DNA of 64,000 nucleotides from Octopus vulgaris. Its lineage: Eukaryota. Position 1 is the first letter of the stretch. Every line of letters starts with the position of its first letter. Positions 41,176 through 54,310 of the stretch are shown here, piece by piece. The notes below the pieces were generated by a model. That model was not told the origin of the DNA. It made no database searches and was given only the letters and a program-made list of their open reading frames with translations. The stretch covers positions 16,244,001 to 16,308,000 of the forward strand of contig OX597821.1 in assembly GCA_951406725.2 (NCBI GenBank). Reading direction: 5' to 3'. Position numbers and translations under genes: made by a program.

Positions 41176-42219
41176 ATATATATATATATATGTATGTATG
41201 TATGTATGCATTTATGTATGTATAAACGCATACATACATACCTTCTTTTTGGGATCACCAGTATTTTATTATCTCCCCTTCTTCCTAGCTCTCCTAAGTT
41301 ACCCCTCTATCCGGCATTCGCTAGGCACTATACATTTTCTATTTTCTCTCCCTGTTTATCTCTGTGTTTCTTTTGTCGAAGAGCGTAGGCTCGAAACGTA
41401 AAAGAATTTCCCGAACGTTAAACTGGTACATCAGTTTGTTGTTTACACACCCGTCCTCGCCTTTTGTTTTTGTTTTTTTTTTAAATTATCACCATACATA
41501 CAAACATACGTACAGACATGTATGGTTCAAGCATTAGATAAAACAATGCTGTTGAGTCCTGTATGCATACCAAATGATACTAAAGAGCGTTCGGCAGTCT
41601 CACGTGAGATGAGATTTTACTTATATAACAGATATATATTTATTGTCGAGGGAAAGCATGTTATTGAATGTCATAGAAACAAACTCAATTGTTTTGTTTT
41701 GCTTTCTACATATTTCTATGCTGGTTGTCATGTTATATAAGAATTTTATGAAACACGAAACAAAAAATGCTAATTTGTGAAAGAAAATCTTTAGACTACA
41801 GAGTATGAACATATTATATTACAAAGTATTTGAAAAAAAAAAGGAAGAGTTCTGACAATGTTATTAGAAATTCCTGCTTTCACTCTTCCTTAAGTTAATT
41901 TCAAGTAAATTCAAGAACACAGTTTCGATAGCTTATTTTCCTAAGACTCAAGAATGAGATTTTATGGCATTTAGCTAATACGTTTGTGACAGCAAAATAA
42001 ATAAAGAGGAAAACGAAACTGATTTCTTTGTATTCTAAGCGTTTATGGAGTAGCTAAGTATTTATTATATTCTTATTGTATATACGAGTAGTATTTAATA
42101 TAAAAGTTTAGTTAAACTTAAAAAGCATTATTATTCAATGTAAAGTTGATAAAAAGAGGATGTATGATGGAAAAAATATGAGAAGCTCAACAACTGGAAA
42201 GTCAGTCGTCATATGTATG

Positions 42220-42254
<35 letters not shown>

Positions 42255-42339
42255 ATAATTGTCTGGAAAATCTGAAAATACCAATAAAAATTCAGAGCTA
42301 ATAATAATTATTATTATTATTATTATTGTTATAAAATAA

Positions 42340-43230
42340 GGAACTGGTAGTTATCTAGTATAAGGGACTGGATGCTACGACTTGTATGCGAAGATGAAAG
42401 CAGCTAAAAGTCACGTTTTATAGTCAAGAAGTTTATAAAGTAGCGATAGAACTTGGCATTAACCCTGAATTAGGCGAAGCTGAAACCACTGCCACTAAGG
42501 AAGCCAATCAAATCAAGCTGACTGATAAAAAGAACGGGCAGAAACAACTTGAGGAGAAGTGGGGCTCAGAAAACCCTAAATGGGCAATATATTTTTCGAA
42601 GTTAATACGCGGATGTAGACCAAGCAATGACCCATCAGTGGCTGAGAAGTTCATGATTGAAAGCAGAGCCTAAAGGCTTCATACGGGCAGTACAGCATCA
42701 AAGCTTGCTTACCAGAAATTCCCAGGCTATTGTTCTTCAAAGCGGTACTGACTCTAAATGCAAATTCTGCGATACATTTCATAAAACCATTTTGCTTCGG
42801 GATATCCTTTGCTAACACCAAACGAATACAAAATTCGCCACAATAGAGTAGACTGTCCTACTAACTCGTATGAACATCACCCCGAGTCAGTCTTTGAAAG
42901 TAAAAATGACGCCATCCTCTGGGATCTTCCAAGCAACATTAAGTGAACGATCCAGATTAATCGACGAAACATACTTATTAAAGACTAGGAAGAAAATACA
43001 TGTAAACTAATAGGTGTAAGTTTTCCTATGGATAACTATAAAGGAATTTAACAAACTTAGCAAATATAAGAACCTGGAAATTGAAAGATAGAGGATGTGG
43101 CAGTTTATGCAAAAATATGCCCTTTTATTATAGGCCCCCTTTGTATGATAAAAATGAGATGACAGAAACATCTAGACAAATTCTCAGGAGAACCTTTTTT
43201 CAGAGAAATCGAAAATATTGTGCTGACAAG
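42340..43230 (+). pseudogene. R4/Dong-type RLE non-LTR retrotransposon, 3' remnant
   Basis: Translates ADVDQAMTHQWLRSS*LKAEPKGFIRAVQHQSLLTRN..KCKFCD..EYKIRHNRV..ILWD..NRRNIL..KLSKYKNLEIE..RMW (zinc knuckle plus RLE region) with stops; follows a TAA/TTA tract. Confidence 0.85.
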
Positions 43231-43470
43231 TACTCTTTACTGTTTAACTCTCTTTTACTTGTTTCAGGCATTTGACTCCGGCCCTGCTGGAGCACAGCCT
43301 TTAGTCAAAGAAATCGACCCCAGAACTTATTCTTTGTAAGCCTAGTAATTATTCTATCTTATTCTTTTGCAGAACAGCTAAGTTACGGGGACGTAAACAC
43401 ACCAGCATCGGTTGTCAAGCGATTTGGGAGGACAAACACAGACACACAAACATATACACACACATACATA

Positions 43471-43508
<38 letters not shown>

Positions 43509-43622
43509 TACGACGTGCTTCTTTCAGTTTCCGTTAACCAAATCCACCCACAATGCTTTGGTCGGCCCGAGGCTATAGTAGAAGACACTTGCCTAAGGTT
43601 CCACGCAGTGGGACTGGACCCG
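43231..43622 (-). mobile_element. SINE family A inserted at the end of the R4-like ORF
   Basis: Near-identical to 23147-23500. Confidence 0.9.
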
Positions 43623-43916
43623 AAAAGACCTATTAATTTAAATGTCCGTGTTGTATTATATGGAGATACTTCGCTACAGCTCTAACCTCAAGCTTTCAGT
43701 CACACTGTAGCGTCTCTTTAACTTGAATTGCTCCAAGACGCAGAGTGTGTCTTTGCAACTAATTGCAACAACTATACAGATTTAAAGTAAATATAAACCA
43801 AAACAGCAACAACAGCAACAACAACAGAAACTACAATAACAACAACAACAACAACAACAAAAACTACAATAACAATAATAGTGGTGGTAGAGTTTGCTAC
43901 CCCTGCTAACAATATA

Positions 43917-44313
43917 TCTTTATATATAAAAGTGAAGTTGTGTGCTGTCTGTCTCCTACGATTTAGATTCCTAACTACTCCCACATTTTGCGATGCAGTT
44001 TAACCAAAACCGGGTATCTTATAGTCGGGATTCATATCGAGTCCTTCTGGGAATTAGCGTGTGTCTACGATAAGTCTACGATTTAAAAAAAAAAATACCA
44101 TCAATTTTTCACATTTTTAATGCATTTTTGGCATATATAAGGGAAGTAACTCTCTAAAAATTTATTATTAAATCTCAGAATGTAAAAAGCTACATTAACC
44201 CCCCCCCCTTTGTGGTTAGCCATATTGAGATGGCTATTATACTTTACATCTCTAAAAATGCTTATATAGTTATTTCCCTTACAAACCCGAGCAACGCCGA
44301 GCGATACAGCTAG
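43917..44313 (+). mobile_element. non-autonomous Helitron
   Basis: A|TCtttatatataaaag...cccgagcaacgccgagcgatacagCTAG|T; the last ~60 bp are shared with the 37686 elements; no TSD. Confidence 0.88.
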
Positions 44314-45119
44314 TTGTATATAAAGAGTGCAAAGTTGCACCGATAACCAGTTAGCGGAGAATCTGCCGAGGGTTAAACCAGTAGTAACATTCAACAGACA
44401 CATTGATTTGGCGATTAACTTTACTGTTTAGTACAGTTTCTATCTGTCTCAACTTGAGATTTTATAACTAGCTTTTTTGCATGTTGCAAATCAGTAATCG
44501 ATGATTAATTTGTTTATAAGATATTATTAGCATTAGGGGACTCTGGCTATCGCTCTGGCATGCACGTGCTCGCGACTGTGTCAGTCTGGTGATCCTGTTA
44601 CCTGGTTGGGATTCACCCCCTTGCTAACAATATATTTTGTATAAAGAATGCAGAGTCGCGCTGATAACCAGCTGGCGGAAAATTTGCCTGGGGTTAAACT
44701 GGGTTAGTAAAATTCAACAGCCACTTCGATTTATATAATGTCTATATATTATTATATGTGAGTATATTAATCAATGCCTTCCACAAAATTTACTTCTAAC
44801 GCACACTCGCGATAGACTTTTCACATACATTTCTTTAATGGGCATTAATCAAATATTTATAAGTACAGCTCTAATTCCGTGATTTAAATTTTAACGCGTG
44901 GTTTACCCATACGTTTTCATAAACAACTGCAAACGTTAATTGTTGATTTATCTTTTACTCTATCGTGTTTGTATTTCTGTTTCAAAGGTTTCATTTTTTA
45001 AAAAATGGTTCCCTTCCTCTATGCTGATAAATTCGTTATTTAATACAACATGGTTTTCATTCAAAGAAGCTCCGTGACTACATTTCGATAATGAAATAAA
45101 ATAATTAAATAAATAAATG

Positions 45120-45362
45120 CACTCTTTTAAAGCCTAGCCAGGCTCATGGACCCGGTTTCCCGGTTTCAATGGCGTATGTGTTCCCCGGCTGGACGGGACA
45201 CCAGTCCATCGTAGCGTTACTGATTTTTGCCAGCTGAGTGGACTGGAGCAACGTGAAATTAAGTGTTTTGCTCAAGGACACAACACGTCGCCCGGTCCAG
45301 GAATCGAGACCACAATCTTACGATCATGATGCTGACACCCTACCCACTAAGCCACGCGCCTC
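45120..45362 (-). mobile_element. tRNA-derived SINE, family D
   Basis: Minus strand: aggcgcgtggcttagtgg..ggtctcgattcc..ccttgagcaaaacac..ccagtccactcagctgg..cgatggactggtgtcccgtccag..(ttta)n tail. Confidence 0.88.
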
Positions 45363-45869
45363 CTCTTTGATAATGAAAGCAGCTTTAAATGACACTTTAC
45401 TTTATGTAGTCTTAGGGAACTGTGTTACATGTAAATATGCAGTTACAAACCACTTCACTCTTCCATTATTTCATGGAATGTTTTGTACACTATTATTTAA
45501 TTTCATCTAGTACCTTACACATATTAGCAATCAAGATTACGCTTAATTATGAATTTGAAAGCGCGTATGCAATTATCCTCAATATTTACAAACAAATCAT
45601 AATTTGAAATTAGAGTTCGACATGAATTTTAACTATTTTCATTTGAAGTACATCACATTTGGGATTAGACGTGGGATTTATTATGTAATTACGTTCATGT
45701 GCTCAGTATTTGGAAACCATTCTGAGTCTTCCTCCTGATTCAATAGTTTACAGAATGTCATATGGAGTTATTGTAAATAGGCAATTATACGTACCAACGG
45801 ACGCATATAACTGCACGCTAGCATACGTCAGCACATACGTATATAAATATAAATATAAATAAAAATAAT

Positions 45870-46315
45870 AGAAATATTAAAATTACTAGGTCTCTCTAAA
45901 GGAGATTACGCCGGCGTTACTGGAAATTAATAGTTATCGCCATACTAATATGGCAGTCTTATAAATATAAGACTAAAGCTGTCGCTGGTTAGCTCCATGA
46001 GGCCACCGCTTCAAGCTAACTATTTGACACACGAATCTGCGTCTATTAAAAGCATTCGAACTGGGACAATCAGTAGCGACACCTGCAAGTCTGACTACGC
46101 TGCATTGATAAGGGGCAACAACCTTGAAACGTCGTCTGTAGCTGTCTGACTGGCAGGATGAAGCGGCTGACCTCCCTTGTTCGAAGGTTTTTAATGGACG
46201 CAGATTCGTGTGTCAAATAGCTAGCTTGAGGCCGTGGCCTCATGGAGCTAACCAGCGACAGCTTTAGTCTTATACTTATAAGACTGCCATATTAGTATGG
46301 CGATAACTATTAATT
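45870..46315. mobile_element. ~390-bp fold-back element with a hammerhead at the apex
   Basis: Arms 45925-46060 / 46178-46315 are highly similar, with weaker pairing continuing inward; tail on the left. Confidence 0.9.
46099..46142 (+). ncRNA. type I hammerhead motif, U3-A8 core variant
   Basis: gctgca-TTGATAA-gggg caacaa cctt-GAAA-cgtcg-T-C-tgtagc; 6-bp stem I; GUC triplet. Confidence 0.65.
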
Positions 46316-46327
46316 ATAAATAAAAAG

Positions 46328-46431
<104 letters not shown>

Positions 46432-46588
46432 ATATTATTATCATCATTACTATTATTATTATATAAACAATATAGTTGGCTTTTTCGCAGTTTTACAACC
46501 GAAAGTGAGTGCTTACTTGTGACCTCAGTCAATTTATTGAATTATATATATATATATATATACAATATGTTACATTACTCGGTAGTCA

Positions 46589-46651
46589 AGATAAAACTCT
46601 GAGTTTCAGATGCCGAAGTGGAAATCCACAACACCATCTCTTCGGTTATCT
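46589..46651 (-). ncRNA. degenerate hammerhead-like motif
   Basis: Minus strand: agataa-CCGAAGA-gatg..gtgga..ccac..catct-GAAA-ctcagag-T-T-ttatct. Stem III is identical to that of the 24529 motif; U4>C. Confidence 0.55.
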
Positions 46652-46792
46652 GGCTATTTCTCCGCGTAGTCCATTCTGTTCTTCTATGAAGTATATCCTT
46701 ACATGCACATGCTTTTGCATCTGCATTTGCGATCGTGTGTGCACATGTGTGAGTGTGTGTGTGTTTGTACGTTTGTATATGTCTCTGCGTGC

Positions 46793-46835
<43 letters not shown>

Positions 46836-46888
46836 ATCACTAGCATTATGGAACATTTACAAAACTTAGTCGACACTTCACAGCTGAG

Positions 46889-46947
<59 letters not shown>

Positions 46948-49900
46948 ATCACTTGCATTATGGAACATTTAAAAAACTTAGACGACACTTGACATATGTG
47001 TTTTGTCGTGGCATTTTCCCAGAGTTCAATCTATAATTGTGTTAAAGGAATGATTATGATATAGGTTCCTTCCTCAAAAGCTCACTCGGAATTCACCTGA
47101 GACTACAAGAAAGACGAAACTCAAAGACATACAGTGGATTCGTGCCGATAAGCAATTGGTTTTCGACGGACACCGTAGATATAAGGACGTACGTGCGTCT
47201 GCTTGTATCTAAAAATATAATTCCTTGTTTAAAGTTGTAGCTTCTCATCTCACAGTAAGTTGGTATTTTATTGTGGCTACGTGTTGGATTAAATATATCG
47301 TATTGGTTAAAGTTATCATTTCGTCTTATAACTGCTTCACTTTACGTATATCGACAATTTTCCTTGAGAAACACATTTATATTGCAAAACCATAGTTTTC
47401 TCTCTCTCTGGAAACAATAATTATATATTGTTGCAGCCATTGCGCAGATAAGCAACAATTATTCTGTGGAGAGAGAAAGTAGTAATTTTTGATAAATTTA
47501 TAAAATGTTTGGCGCCTGTATTAATAGATATTTGATTGTAGCAATTTTTGCACGATGCACCTCACCGTGTATGCTACAGCAAGAAATTATGCACGAAATT
47601 GCATAGATACACACAAAAATATTGATTTTCGTTTCAAAAACCAAAGGTTCGTTGATCTGTGAGTAATTAAAGAATTGTCTTGTTCTACTATTCTCCAGAT
47701 CATCAGTTGAATAAATTACCATGATTAGTTTCTAGAAATGCCCGAAACTTACTCCCTATTTTTTCAGATGAGAAGAATATCTCTCGAAGTATATCATTTC
47801 ACGGCTGTATTGTTCTATGTCACTGTTAAGTTGTCCTATTATCAAAGGTGATAGTTTGTGTGTATATATGTAATGCAATTTCGTAATTTACGTCATATAC
47901 TTTCGTTTTTAAATGGGTCCCTTGAAATATAATGCAATCCGAACAATGCACCTTGTATAATGCTTTTAAGCATATTTTTTTTCAAGTATAAACAGATTTA
48001 TATATCGTTAATCGCTCTAACATGAGGGCGAATCTAACGAAAATACAATGCCTATTGTAAAGCCATTATCATGACGGCTTGTAAATAGTTGATTCTCCGA
48101 AAACTAATACCAGTTATATATCAATGCCTGATATGCTAGCATTATAAAATTTAAATTAAAGTTAAGATGACCGCTATTTTTAAGTTAAGAACAATGTAGT
48201 AGAACCTTATACATAAATACATACAAACATACATATATACATATACACCTTGACATTTGTATGTGTATGTATGTTTGTATGTATCTATGAATAACATTCT
48301 ACTACATTGACATTTGTATGTGTATGTACGCGCGTATTTGCACGCGGGCGTATGTGTGTGTGTTCAATTATTGAAAAGTCAAATTGGTTTGTATTAGTCA
48401 TCTTTTCTTTCAACGAGAGAGAAATATAACAGTTTTATAATCACTAATTCACTTGTTGGAATAAATTGATTTTTATTCCACCACATAAATATTACTTTCC
48501 TTTGTTTCTTCCAGCATCATGAAATTTAGTCACTACCGAGTAAGCTTGCTTCCCAAGCCGCCGATATACATAGTGTATATTATGCGACCCAATGAAATCC
48601 GTTTCCAAGACAATTTGATAACAGGCTTGATATTCAAGTTTCTTATAACTCGCATTAATACTCAAGAAAGATATTGAGTAAAGTAGTATTAAGTAGAACA
48701 CTTCTAGAACAATATTTACATTGTCCGCCACTGGAACAGAAAATTTCCGATGGCGAAGAAGGCATAACCTGCATGGATTCTATAGAGTAAAACGAAATAC
48801 CCCACCGCAGTTAATATACATGCTAAAAACAGAGGAATATCATACAACTCCATTTTTTAAATAATTTTGAATGCAAGTACTTTGTAAAAATACTTACTAC
48901 ATGGCCAAAACGCAATTATTTACAATCGGCTGTTTTGCATATAAAAGGGGAAATTTTTAAGTTGTTGCACCGAAAACCTCTCGACATTTATTTTTGTGCA
49001 AATGGCAATAATCTGTAAGTTTCTCTGAAGACTCGAACAAACCTTCAATTATCACTAACTTGCTTAGAACGTCAAAAATTTGCTTTACATAAACAATTGG
49101 TAATGTCTGAGACTGTGTAACACAATTTTTGTACTTGGGTAACCAGTTATTTCTTAATTGCTTACCTCAAGAGATTATGAAAAGTGGCTAATATTTCCTT
49201 CAAATTTACTTGTGTTACATTTATTAAAACCTCCCCCCAAGAATTCCTCTCGACATATGGCTATGATGTTCCCCCGCTTCCCTTGCTCATAATCATAGTT
49301 GCGTATATTTTCAGCCACTAAGGGACATGCTCACGAAGGTAAGGTCAAGCAACTGACAAGCCAATCAGAATATTTGGTATAACGACATTTCTGCTTCAAC
49401 AACTGAAATCTAATGGAAAGAAGATCATTTTCAAATCATTAATGTCCACGATACAAAAGCAATGTTTGAAGGGAATAACAGTAATTTCCTTTGATTTCTG
49501 GATAGCATCGAATGGGAAGAAACATTTACTGGCCAAAGACAAAAATAAAATTCTATTACACACTATTAAGTAAATAGACAGCTTTGCATTTAAATGCTGC
49601 ATAGATTTGCGTGCACCCATAAATACATACTTATATATGTGTGTTTGTAATATTGATCGGTCTACTGAATGCGCTACACAAAATGGTTTTAATTGCACGA
49701 AACCTCTTGAGGATAAGGAACAAAAACAAATATTTCACAGCGAATATTCGGGTCACCGAGTGAGCGAATAAAAATTAAGATAAAAATTTATATTCCCAAA
49801 AGAACGCAGACCTTGTCAGTTGAGACAGTCTATTAACACTCAGTGAACAAGACATATGATTATAAGCTTCATTGAACTATCTTTAAATGACTAGATAAAT

Positions 49901-50204
49901 GTCAGTAGAACAACACAATTGACAAGAAACTCCACGAATATGAGAGCTGTATGATATGTACTTTACATTAGTTAAATCATATATATATATATAGTAGTAA
50001 CAGAAAAGAGGAATTTCGGTTGTCCCCACGTGGTGGATTGTAATGTATATAAGAAATTAAAAACGGAAAATACGCACACTTACATGGCTATAGTATAATT
50101 TTTAATGTATTGACCGGTTTCGCAATCGCTATTCATGATGTAATGTTTAATTTATATGAAAATATATTTTTTCTTAAGAAGAAATTGGGGCCATGTTGTA
50201 TGTA

Positions 50205-50352
50205 ATGAAACTAGTTTTAATTGTGAACCTCTGTCCTTGTTTGAAAAGGAAACCAGAGCCTTCAAGCTGGTGGGGGCAGGTCCCACAGTTCGGACGTCCA
50301 CATTTTTCAACCGTTGGTTTCGTGGTTGTTTTGTAAAGCTTCGCATTTGTTA
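50205..50352 (-). pseudogene. PLE linker Cys knuckle fragment
   Basis: Minus strand translates LTNAKLYKTTTKPTVEKCGRPNCGTCPHQLEGSGFLFKQGQRFTIKTSF. Confidence 0.8.
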
Positions 50353-50356
50353 GTAG

Positions 50357-50650
50357 TCTGCCTCTGAGAACCTAATTTTTGTAATAACCTGCTCGGGTTG
50401 CAGTCATCAGTACATTGGACAAACGAGTTTAACTTTGAGGAAGAGAATCACTCTGCATAAGGAGCAAATCCGTTTCCCGCAATACAGACAAATTCCTCTT
50501 AGTGAACACATTGAAAAATGTGCAGGTGACATCAAACCAAATTTTACAGACTTCCCTTTCTACCAGTGCAAAGACACAATCTCTCAACTAGAACGCTTAA
50601 ATAAAGAAACTTTTTTTCATTGAAAATTACAAAACGCGTCTTATTAAGCA
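50357..50650 (+). pseudogene. PLE GIY-YIG endonuclease fragment
   Basis: SASENLIFVITCSGCSHQYIGQTSLTLRKRITLHKEQI..LSEHIEKC..ERLNKETFF, in frame with ORF 50435-50623; frameshift in the T-run near 50612. Confidence 0.9.
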
Positions 50651-50936
50651 CGCATAACCAATTTTTATATTTTTACATATGACATCACTGTACATAAATC
50701 CCCTACTAAACAAGGCCCCCTTTTTTTAAACCTGTCTCCTTTCTGTAGACATATTTATTCCTCACCCAAAACCTAAGCAGTTATCTCCCTTACGCACAAC
50801 AATAACAATAATAACAACCAATTACCTCCCTTTACTTGACAGCTTGTAAAATCATTCACTCGTGAATTTCATTACAAACAACATGGACCCAATTTCTTCT
50901 TCGGAAAAAATATATTTTCATATAAATTAAACATTA

Positions 50937-50969
50937 TATCATGAATAGCGATTGCAAAACCGGTCGATA
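50937..50969 (+). ncRNA. hammerhead-like motif, A3-U8 core variant
   Basis: tatc-ATGAATA-gc gatt gc-(A/G)AAA-ccgg-T-C-gata. The mirror copy at 50107-50140 retains GAAA; palindromic stem III accggt. Confidence 0.55.
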
Positions 50970-51026
50970 CATTAAAAATTATACTATAACCATGTAAGTG
51001 TGCGTATTTTCCGTTTTTAATTTCTT

Positions 51027-51142
51027 ATATATATATATATATAATATATATTATATATTTATATTATATATATTATATATATATATTATATATATATATA
51101 TATTATATATATTATATATATATATATATATATTATATATAT

Positions 51143-51173
<31 letters not shown>

Positions 51174-51222
51174 ATATATATTATATATATATATATATAT
51201 ATTATATATTATATATTATATA

Positions 51223-51297
<75 letters not shown>

Positions 51298-51323
51298 TAT
51301 TATATATTATATATTATATATAT

Positions 51324-51392
<69 letters not shown>

Positions 51393-51470
51393 ATTATATA
51401 TATATTATATATATATATTATATATTATATTATATATATATTATATATTATATATATATATATTATATAT

Positions 51471-51513
<43 letters not shown>

Positions 51514-51712
51514 TATATATATATATATATTATATATATATATTATATATTATGTATATATATTATATTATATATATATTATATACATATTATATATTAT
51601 ATATTATATTATATATTATATATATATATTATATATATATATATATTATATATTATATATATATATTATATATTATATATATATATATATATTATATATT
51701 ATATATATATTA

Positions 51713-51750
<38 letters not shown>
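51027..51750. repeat. pure A/T array of (TA)n and TAT
   Basis: About 720 bp with almost no G or C. Confidence 0.95.
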
Positions 51751-51752
<2 letters not shown>

Positions 51753-51845
51753 TATACGTGTATGCGAGTGCGATCTCTATGCGATTCTCTGTGCATGCAT
51801 GTGCGAGTCACTGATTGTGTGTGTGTATGAGTTTCTGTTTGTGTG

Positions 51846-52040
51846 AAGGCTCGTGACCTAGTAATTAGCGTGTTGTAATCACGATCGCTAAGCCATGGGT
51901 TCCAGTCTTGTGCAAATCACATAATTTCCCGTTGTTTCAGTTCATTCACCTGTAGATAGGTAGTCGGCCTATTCACCTAGCGAACGGGGTGGCGTCATTC
52001 GAAAGCTAAAACGATACAAAGCGCATTGTGACCAGTGCTG
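51846..52040 (+). mobile_element. diverged SINE with a family C 3' end
   Basis: tRNA-like head, then ggggtggcgtcattcgaaagctaaaac..gcattgtgaccag. Confidence 0.7.
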
Positions 52041-54109
52041 TATACCAAGAAATTAATTACTTATGACAAATGCAATTTCTGATATAACGATGACTATCAA
52101 AAGACCAAAATTCTTTTGCTATGTTAAAAAAATGATAACCAAAATAAACAAGCAAAACAGAATAGGGAGCACGGAAATTGGCATATTCTCTATATTCTTG
52201 CCTTGGCATGTAGAACATTATCAATGTCTAGTGCCAAGAAAATAATATGAAAATAATTTAAAACCTATATTTGAAATAAATTTTGTCATGAAGATTGTAT
52301 TAAATAAAACTAGTTTAGAAAATATAATTTTGTATATTTATTTAATCACAATATCATTTTATCACAATGAAAATGTAGCCACAAAGGATGAAAATTATTT
52401 TCTATATAATACTGTATACGTAAGCTTGCATGTTAATAAATATTGCACATATATATTTTGAAACATTTCGAATATGCGCAGTTTGTATAAATAAATAATG
52501 TCTTTGTATCCATGTATTCATGTGTTTGTGAATGTGCATTCGTTATGTGTACGTTCATGCATGCAGACGTATAAACAGGAATATTTGCTTTATCCAAGCA
52601 AAGATACACATTCTATCATCTGTAAGAGATTTGATAGGAAACAGTGAAAGTACGATGAAGGCATATCAAAAGAAAGAGGTAAAATGCGTGATATGATAAA
52701 ATAATTTTCAAAGCAAATAATACAGTGAAACAATATACATTTGTGCAAAGTATTATGGACTGTGTATATACATTTGGAAAAAAACAGATGTTCATAAAAT
52801 AAAAGCGAGATATTCGTTCAACTATAAATAATAGCGGTTTTGATCATTCTTATATTGAGAACAAATCCAATATCATATTAACACAAAGAGACTTATGTGT
52901 TACTAGTTTGCGTGGATGGGAACATAGAAGAGAAAATATATTTCATATATTTTGATAATAACTGTATTTCTCAGACTATACAGGGATTTATCAAATAAAA
53001 AATTAAACGACCTTTCAACTTTTTCCTCGAGCTTTTCGTTCTATATTGACATAAACATTAGTATTGACATAAACATTAGTACAGTGATGTAACCAGCATT
53101 TAACATATTTCAATGGTTGTAATACTGAAATCCACTTGCCTTTATGCTCATAACAAGTATTTCCGCTCATTTACTGATACTGATCTTTTTCGTAAATAAA
53201 TAATCTTCTTGGGACTTAGTATCTCCTAACTAATTTTCAGTTTTAGCCATTTACTAAATTGTAAGATCTGATCATTCTTTCCGATGTATTGGCGATCTCC
53301 ATTTGGTAATTTGTATGCTATTAATATTCTATTGAGATTTTCTGAATTAGTTGTTCATTAGTAGTGAGGTATTTTATATTCATCTAATGCAATTAACGAT
53401 GGTTATCTTTAATGTTCTAAATCCCAAGTTTACTTCTTTTACATAGTGTCAATAATATGAATTTCGTTTTGAATTGGCTAATGTCCGCATTATGTTCTTA
53501 TTTTATTAATGACACAAAAATATACGTTAACACCTCAGATTTACACGGCTATTCTCACTGTTTTTCTGATACTATTTGCATATTTGTCATGGTACATTGA
53601 TAATTTCAGGCTAAGTGATACACTAATAAACACAGAATTAATGAGCAAGATGCAACTAGTGGTGAATGCCGAAATAATGACTATGGTCCATTTCCTTTTA
53701 AACGTAATAGCACTAGCAACCAAAGTTATGATTTCTGGAACAAGACACATCAATAAAAACAAAACTCCACATTTGACACTATTTAAAATACACAATCATT
53801 TTGCATAATTATCTGGTCTATTCACAGGCGCCGTAAACTGAAGTATCTGGAATCATAATTTTGGTAACACAAAAGCATATGTAATTTTTTCTGAGGGTAG
53901 TAGAGCCAAATGGAATATGTTATAATAGCGAGAATTACTTTAAATAAATATGTGCGCACTTAGGTGAAATTTTGTTATGATCAGACAATCTAATTTCGTT
54001 CTGCAAAAACAAAAGTAAAAAAAAAGGAGGAAAAATAAAGGGTGGAGTGTCATACTCGAATAAATGGTTAGATAATGATTATACACTTATAAAATATGAA
54101 TTAGACAAC

Positions 54110-54310
54110 CGAGGGTAGTTAGCTGATGGAATCATTAGTACGCCGGATAAAACGTTTAGCGGTATTTCGTCCACCTTCACGTTCCGAATTGAAATTCCAC
54201 CTTTGACATTCATTTTTCGGTGTGGATAAAATAAGTACCATGTGAGTACGGCGGTCGATCTGATTGACTTACACTTTCCCTGAAATTGTGTCAAAATTTG
54301 AAATCAATAT
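54110..54310 (+). mobile_element. SINE family B (diverged)
   Basis: attagtacgccgg..tagcggtatttcgtcc..acgttc..ataaaataagtacca. Confidence 0.75.

Larger units (their letters stand above)
49995..51031. mobile_element. rearranged Penelope-like element (Neptune-type) with 165-bp inverted arms
   Basis: Arms 50046-50210 / 50867-51031; internal Cys knuckle (minus) and GIY-YIG (plus); flanked by TA tracts. Confidence 0.9.

Noticed and set aside
52063-52245. Hydrophobic minus-strand peptide (VLPILFCLFILVIIFL)
   Set aside because: It has an in-frame stop and is explained by T-rich composition.
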